NCBI GenBank assembly: GCA_963762585.1
Contig: CAVXLF010000023.1
Coordinates: 85,035-149,034 of the forward strand
Source of the DNA: an uncultured Verrucomicrobiae bacterium
Lineage (GTDB): Bacteria; Verrucomicrobiota; Verrucomicrobiia; Limisphaerales; UBA11358
Reading direction: 5' to 3'
DNA: 64,000 nucleotides
This document shows positions 59,294 through 64,000 of the stretch, in pieces; position 1 is the stretch's first letter; each line of letters begins with the position of its first letter. Under the pieces are notes generated by a model, which saw only the letters and a list, made by a program, of their open reading frames with translations, did no database searches and was not told the DNA's origin. Made by a program: the position numbers and the translations under genes.

Positions 59294-59930
59294 GGTAGGG
59301 CGCGTCACTCCGTGCGCGCCGTCGTTGTTCGTGCGGCGGGCAGGGGACTGCCCGCCCTACCCAAACGTGGGTGACGGTCGGTTATTCGGGCGATAGACCC
59401 ATGCCCAGTCTTCCGCGCGCTCGCACAATCCTTTACGGACAGGATTCATCAGAATGTAGCTGGTCTTCTCCGCCAATTCATTATGATCGCGCAGACGGTG
59501 ATCGAAGAAATCGCGTTGCCAATGCACATCGTGTTTTAAAGCCACATATTTCTTCCAATTTTTCATCACCGTTTCAATTCCTGGTTCGCGCGGGAACGCG
59601 AGGAGGGCATGCAAATGATCCGGCATGAGCAGGCACAGCCGACAATGCCAGATAAGTTTCTCATGGTTGTATTTCATCGCCGCCAACACAGCATCGCCGG
59701 TTCCGGCCTGGCATAAGTGATTTCTTCCCGGCGGCATGCATTTGATCGTGATGAAGAACCAACTTCCCTCAGCCACCCACTGCGGAATTGTGTGCGGCAG
59801 CTTTTTGCGGACAGGCAAGTCCATTAAGTGAAACGCAACCGAGGCCAACCGTGAAAGTTGGGCTCCGTAAGTCGTCTATGCGCCTTTAGTATTTTCGAAC
59901 AACGGCGCGCACGGAGTGACGCGCCCTACC
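59294..59930 (-). mobile_element. RAYT unit: tyrosine transposase gene bracketed by perfect 28-bp inverted REPs
   Basis: GGTAGGGCGCGTCACTCCGTGCGCGCCG at 59294-59321 and its exact reverse complement at 59903-59930. An additional GTAGGG-headed hairpin (59335-59362, minus orientation) supplies the RAYT stop. Confidence 0.85.
59357..59824 (-). CDS. REP-associated tyrosine transposase (IS200/IS605 Y1 superfamily)
   Basis: GSWFFITIKC, LLMPDHLHALL (HUH), WQRDFFDHRLRD, YILMNPVRKGL (catalytic Tyr), collinear with E. coli-type RAYT. ATG 59824 preferred over TTG 59848. Confidence 0.85.
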   Translation of the reverse strand: MDLPVRKKLPHTIPQWVAEGSWFFITIKCMPPGRNHLCQAGTGDAVLAAMKYNHEKLIWHCRLCLLMPDHLHALLAFPREPGIETVMKNWKKYVALKHDVHWQRDFFDHRLRDHNELAEKTSYILMNPVRKGLCERAEDWAWVYRPNNRPSPTFG

Positions 59931-59943
59931 TGCACAAATCACA

Positions 59944-61287
59944 TCACGTTTCGATGCCGTAGGCCTTGATTTTATTGTAGAGCGTCTGGCGGCCGATGCC
60001 GAGGCGTTTGGCGGCTTCGAGCTTGTTGCCTTCGGTTTCCTTGAGCATCTGGATGATGGCATTGCGCTCGACGCCTTCCAGGAGGGTGAAATTTGTGTCG
60101 TTCCCGTCGGTCGGGCCCGCCTTGACGTTGGTGATGGAAAGGTCGGAGCCCTCCACTTCGTTGCCTTCGCTTAGCAGCACGGCGCGTTGGACCTCGTTTT
60201 GCAACTGGCGCACATTGCCCGGCCAGTCGAACGCGGTAAACCGCTCGGCGGCTTCCGCGCTGAAGCCGCGAATGTCGCGATTGGCCTGCGCCGAGAACCG
60301 TTTCAAAAAGGCGTTGGCCAGCGGCATGATGTCATCGCGCCGTTCGCGCAGCGGCGGCAAATGAATGGAAATGGCGCTGACGCGGTAATACAAATCTTCG
60401 CGCAGTTTGCCGTCCCGGATGGCTTCCTCGGGCACGCGGTTGGTCGCGGCAACGATCCGGCAGTTGGTTTTGTAGCTGGTCTTGCCGCCCACGGGCCGGA
60501 CTTCCTGGTCCTGCAACACGCGCAGCAGCTTGCTCTGCGTGTCGATGGGCATCTCGGAAATTTCATCGAGAAACAGTGTGCCGCCCTCGGCCTGGCGGAA
60601 AAGGCCTTCGCGGTCGGAATGCGCCCCGGTGAACGCGCCCTTGACCGAGCCGAACAGTTCGCTCTCGATCAATTCCCGCGGAAGCGCGGCGCAATTGATT
60701 TTGATGATCCGGCTTTTGTTGCGCGTGCTGCGCGCGTGAATCAGGTCGGCGATGACCTCCTTGCCCGAGCCGCTTTCGCCGGTGATGAGGATGGTGACGT
60801 CGCTCGGGGCGATGCGTTCGGCGGTGCGGACCACTTCGCGCATGAGTGAGCTGCGATAAATGGGCGAGGCCACGCCGCTCATGGTTTCGAGGGCGCGGCG
60901 CAGCGTGGTGTTTTCCTGGTTTTGCTCCTTGCGCTCCACGGCGCATTTCACGTCGGCGAGCAGTTTTTCGTTCTCGAACGGCTTCGACAAAAAGTTATAC
61001 GCACCGCGCCTTCCGGCCTCGACGGCCATCGTAATGGTTCCATGACCGGTGAGCACGATGACCTCCGTCTCGGGCCAGCGTTTTTTGACCTGGGGCAGGA
61101 GATCGAGACCGTCGGCGTCCGGCAATTTCACGTCGAGGAGCACGACATCCGGGGGGTCCTGGGGAAAACATTTTTGCAGGGCGGCTCCGCTGCTGGCCTG
61201 GGCCACGTCATAGTTGTCCTCCAGCACCGAGCGGAGCAGCTCCCGCACGTCGGCCTGGTCGTCCACGATGAGAACTTTCGATTTCAT
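59944..61287 (-). CDS. Sigma54-dependent response regulator (REC-AAA+-Fis HTH), NtrC family
   Basis: KVLIVDDQ...[12 protein letters not shown]; GESGSGKE Walker A; GAFTGA; FLDEI; C-terminal [21 protein letters not shown] overlap with the upstream gene. Confidence 0.9.
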   Translation of the reverse strand: MKSKVLIVDDQADVRELLRSVLEDNYDVAQASSGAALQKCFPQDPPDVVLLDVKLPDADGLDLLPQVKKRWPETEVIVLTGHGTITMAVEAGRRGAYNFLSKPFENEKLLADVKCAVERKEQNQENTTLRRALETMSGVASPIYRSSLMREVVRTAERIAPSDVTILITGESGSGKEVIADLIHARSTRNKSRIIKINCAALPRELIESELFGSVKGAFTGAHSDREGLFRQAEGGTLFLDEISEMPIDTQSKLLRVLQDQEVRPVGGKTSYKTNCRIVAATNRVPEEAIRDGKLREDLYYRVSAISIHLPPLRERRDDIMPLANAFLKRFSAQANRDIRGFSAEAAERFTAFDWPGNVRQLQNEVQRAVLLSEGNEVEGSDLSITNVKAGPTDGNDTNFTLLEGVERNAIIQMLKETEGNKLEAAKRLGIGRQTLYNKIKAYGIET

Positions 61288-61952
61288 GTTTTGGATTTTT
61301 TCACACACGCCCGGACAAACCGCGAAAAAATCGCCCGGTGTCCGGCGTGCCGTTGGGCCAGCCGTTCGGGGTGAAATTGCACGCTCAACAAAAACGGCAT
61401 TCGCTGCGGCGCATCTGATTTTAATTCCATTGCTTCCACAATTCCATCACGCGCTCGCGCCACGGCCACCAAGGGTTCCGCCGGTTGCAGGACGGCCTGA
61501 TGATGCGAGCTGTTAACGCTCAAAACCCGCTGGCGAGCGATACTGGCAAGCAGTGAACCGCTTGTCAACGACACTTCATGCACTAATTCATTTGCCTTGT
61601 CCAGACGCTGATGGTTGAGCGCGCCCGGCACCTGGCGCCGGATGTCGGCGATCAATCCGCCCCCGAACGCGATGTTCAATAATTGATGCCCGCGGCAGAT
61701 GGCCAGCAACGGCTTGCGCTGGCGTAACGTCTCGTCAATCAACATCAACTCGCGCAGGTCGCGTCCGCCGCTGTCCGGGGTCATGCTGACCGTTTTGCGG
61801 ACCGCCCGCGGCAGGTTTCGGGTGTAAAGATCGGGATTGATATCGTCGCCGCCGGTCAACAGCACGCCGTCCACGCGTCGCACCGTTTCCGCCAGCACCC
61901 GGCGGTCGGTCGTCGTCGGCACCGTCACCGGAATGCCGCCGGCCCGGAGCAC
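61284..61952 (-). CDS. Class-I glutamine amidotransferase / peptidase C26 (PuuD-like); N-terminus apparently disrupted by a frameshift
   Basis: GVLLTGGDDINP, LLAICRGHQLLNIAFGG (nucleophile Cys), SSHHQAV, VQFHPE. The track ORF begins at a GTG and lacks the first beta-strand, which is found in another frame at 62053-62021. Confidence 0.7.
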   Translation of the reverse strand: MLRAGGIPVTVPTTTDRRVLAETVRRVDGVLLTGGDDINPDLYTRNLPRAVRKTVSMTPDSGGRDLRELMLIDETLRQRKPLLAICRGHQLLNIAFGGGLIADIRRQVPGALNHQRLDKANELVHEVSLTSGSLLASIARQRVLSVNSSHHQAVLQPAEPLVAVARARDGIVEAMELKSDAPQRMPFLLSVQFHPERLAQRHAGHRAIFSRFVRACVKKSKT

Positions 61953-62387
61953 GGCGTTGTCGTATTTGACCGAAAGGCTGACGGAAAGATCGTGGAACTC
62001 GACCCCGCGCTTTTCGATGCTGGCGAGACGAGAATCAAGGGCATTGCGGCCATGCCGGCAGGGTAGCGCCGCTTGGGCAGATTGTCAGTGGCAAAATCGA
62101 CGATCAGCGGCCGCAACCCTTTGGGGGTGTTCCGTTTTGTACCTTCCGGCTTGGCCTGATTTGTGCTGGATGAGAGGCGTGAAGTTTGTCGTACGTAAGA
62201 TCAATCGAAGCAACATCTATCATTTGTTGAACACCATCATTCCCATCAATCACAAACAGAAAGCCGAATCCGATGCCTTGGGCATTGTGATTATCGTTGG
62301 ATTGATTGTTGGGTTGGTGTGCCTGGTCCGCCTGGTTTTGAATTGCACACACTGATTTCAGGACACTGAATTAGTGAGTGGACACAA

Positions 62388-62657
62388 TCAAATCCCCGTT
62401 TCGGGAAACCGTTCCCGAATGCGGCGGCGCACGTGTTCCTCGTCATCCGGGTGATAACGGCGGCGGGGGATAAAGCGGCGAACCGCGTCCAGCAATTCCA
62501 GCCAGTCTTCCAGCGGCGGTTCCTCCACCCGCTGCCACTGGTCGTAGCGCTTCTCGCGCTGGAAGAAAATCCACTCCCGCCCGACCCGTTGCGCGTAAAC
62601 CTGCAGCTTGACTCCGTCGTCGGTGACCCGCTTCCAACTGATTTCGGCTTTTGGCAT
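62388..62657 (-). CDS. Hypothetical 89-aa charged protein
   Basis: ORF with ATG start 9 nt from the heptamer array; no recognised motif. Confidence 0.35.
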   Translation of the reverse strand: MPKAEISWKRVTDDGVKLQVYAQRVGREWIFFQREKRYDQWQRVEEPPLEDWLELLDAVRRFIPRRRYHPDDEEHVRRRIRERFPETGI

Positions 62658-62665
62658 GGTTCAGG

Positions 62666-62754
62666 GTGACATGTGACGCGTGACACGTGACATGATTTCG
62701 CGTTCGCCCGTCCACCGGGTTTTCCTGTCACCCGTCACTTGTCACCCGTCACTT
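62666..62754. repeat. Inverted pair of heptamer arrays (GTGACNN x4 ... GTCACNN x4)
   Basis: GTGACAT GTGACGC GTGACAC GTGACAT (62666-62693), 33-nt spacer, GTCACCC GTCACTT GTCACCC GTCACTT (62727-62754). Confidence 0.85.
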
Positions 62755-63232
62755 TTTCAGGCAGGTCCACGCCGGCCACGGCCATGGCAGCAATGCCTTC
62801 CTCGCGGCCAATGAACCCCAGCTTCTCATTCGTCGTGGCTTTGATGCCGATTTGTTGTTCCGGGATGCCGAGCGCGGCGGCGATGCGCTTTTTCATCTCC
62901 GCAACGTGCGGATAAAGTTTCGGCTCCTGCGCGATGAGGGTCGCGTCCACGTTCACAATCCTGCCTTTGCGCCTGGCGATTTGCTTCGCGGCCTCCTCCA
63001 GGAAAATTTTGCTGGGAGCATTTTTCCAGCGCGGGTCGGTGTTCGGGAAAAAATGGCCGATGTCCGGTTCGCCGAGCGCGCCCAGCAGCGCATCGCAAAT
63101 GGCGTGCATCAGCGCGTCGGCGTCTGAATGGCCGTCGAGGCCTTTGGGGTGCGGAATCTCGACGCCGCCGAGAATGAGTTTGCGTCCCGCGACCAGCGCG
63201 TGGATGTCGTAGCCAATGCCAACGTGAACCAT
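62735..63232 (-). CDS. ispF: 2-C-methyl-D-erythritol 2,4-cyclodiphosphate synthase
   Basis: 165 aa; GIGYDIHAL, GHSDADALMHAICDALLGA, DIGHFFP, ATTNEKLGFIGR. Confidence 0.93.
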   Translation of the reverse strand: MVHVGIGYDIHALVAGRKLILGGVEIPHPKGLDGHSDADALMHAICDALLGALGEPDIGHFFPNTDPRWKNAPSKIFLEEAAKQIARRKGRIVNVDATLIAQEPKLYPHVAEMKKRIAAALGIPEQQIGIKATTNEKLGFIGREEGIAAMAVAGVDLPEKVTGDK

Positions 63233-63269
63233 GGCCGGACTATAAAACCTGCGCGTTCGCCCACCAAGA

Positions 63270-64000
63270 TTATTTCTGACCTTGTGGCAGCGTGAAGAAA
63301 AACGTGGCGCCCTTGCCCGGTTCGCTTTTTGCCCAGACCTCGCCGCCGTGGTTTTGAACGATGTGCTTTACGATGGACAGCCCCAAACCGGTGCCGCCCT
63401 GCTCGCGCGAGCGCGCCTTGTCCACGCGATAAAACCGTTCGAAAATGCGGTCAAGCGCCTCGGGCGGAATCCCCGGCCCGTCGTCCTGCACAAACACCTC
63501 GATCTTGCCGGCCTCGGTTTTTCGGCCGCCGACAATGACCGAGCCCTGCGCGCGGCCATACTTGATGGCATTGTCCACGAGGTTGGCAAAAACCTGTTCG
63601 AGGCGGTGCGCATCTGCCAGGGCGGTCAAATCGGCCAGTTCGTTGGCGAGTTTCATGCCCTTCTGCTCGGCGCGCGTTTTTAAATCGGTGAAGACCTTGT
63701 CGGCGAGCGGTCGCAACTCCACCGGCTGCAGGTTCAATTTGATCCGGCCGGATTCCAGCGCGGAAATCGTGAGCAGATCCTGGATGAGCAGGTCCAGCCG
63801 CTGGGTGTTGCGCTCGATGATTTTGAGGAAACGTTGCGCCACTTCCGGCTGGCTGTGCGCGCCATCGAGCAGGGTTTCGACGTAGCCTTTGATGAGCGAG
63901 AGCGGCGTGCGCAACTCGTGGCTGACGTTGGCGACAAACTCCTCGCGCGTGCGCTCGAGCTGCTTGAGGCGGGTCAGGTCGTGAAAAACGAGAATGGTGC
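63270..64000 (-). CDS. Sensor histidine kinase, C-terminal part (HisKA + HATPase_c; continues beyond window end)
   Basis: Frame is open to nt 64000: ...FVANVSHELRTPLSLIKGY (H-box), NLVDNAIKY (N-box), DDGPGI, GGTGLGLSIV. Confidence 0.88.
   Translation of the reverse strand, partial: TILVFHDLTRLKQLERTREEFVANVSHELRTPLSLIKGYVETLLDGAHSQPEVAQRFLKIIERNTQRLDLLIQDLLTISALESGRIKLNLQPVELRPLADKVFTDLKTRAEQKGMKLANELADLTALADAHRLEQVFANLVDNAIKYGRAQGSVIVGGRKTEAGKIEVFVQDDGPGIPPEALDRIFERFYRVDKARSREQGGTGLGLSIVKHIVQNHGGEVWAKSEPGKGATFFFTLPQGQK

Overview
High-GC (~60% by eye) bacterial chromosome window made up mostly of core housekeeping genes, largely on the minus strand. Weak inference from gene content and repeat style suggests a PVC/Verrucomicrobiota-like lineage; I cannot verify this here.

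Genes recognised:
- Energy: a complete F1Fo ATP synthase operon (atpB-E-F-H-A-[ORF6N insert]-G-D-C).
- Signalling: a REC-helical-REC response regulator, a Ser/Thr kinase, an NtrC-type sigma54 activator and a partial histidine kinase.
- Translation and RNA modification: gluQ, gltX, rluE-like.
- Cofactor and metabolism: aguB, acpS, pdxJ, pdxH, nadA, folB plus a HAD-Nudix fusion, gcvP, eno, ispF, pepF.
- DNA: hup, comEC, recQ, and gyrB-[phd/vapC]-gyrA.
- Transport and membrane: three tandem CNNM/CorC paralogs, PiT plus DUF47, an MFS transporter.
- Other: a relE-type toxin-antitoxin pair, and a 1106-aa GHMP-kinase-like/UDPGP fusion next to a GalU-like gene.

I recognised no rRNA, tRNA or CRISPR array.

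The most unusual property is dense colonisation by small structured repeats:
1. A REP-associated tyrosine transposase (RAYT) is flanked by perfect 28-bp inverted GTAG-headed REPs.
2. A near-identical REP doublet (REPIN) is inserted in frame inside recQ.
3. Other GC-rich hairpin elements lie in frame inside pdxJ and rluE. One has an intergenic twin showing purely compensatory stem changes.
4. GTAGG heads supply the TAG stop codon of four genes.
5. Many tandem heptamer (STRR-like) arrays are present. Two are organised as inverted array pairs between co-directional genes, and one sits inside gcvP at the inter-domain linker.

All functional calls come from reading the translations by eye. No database search was run.
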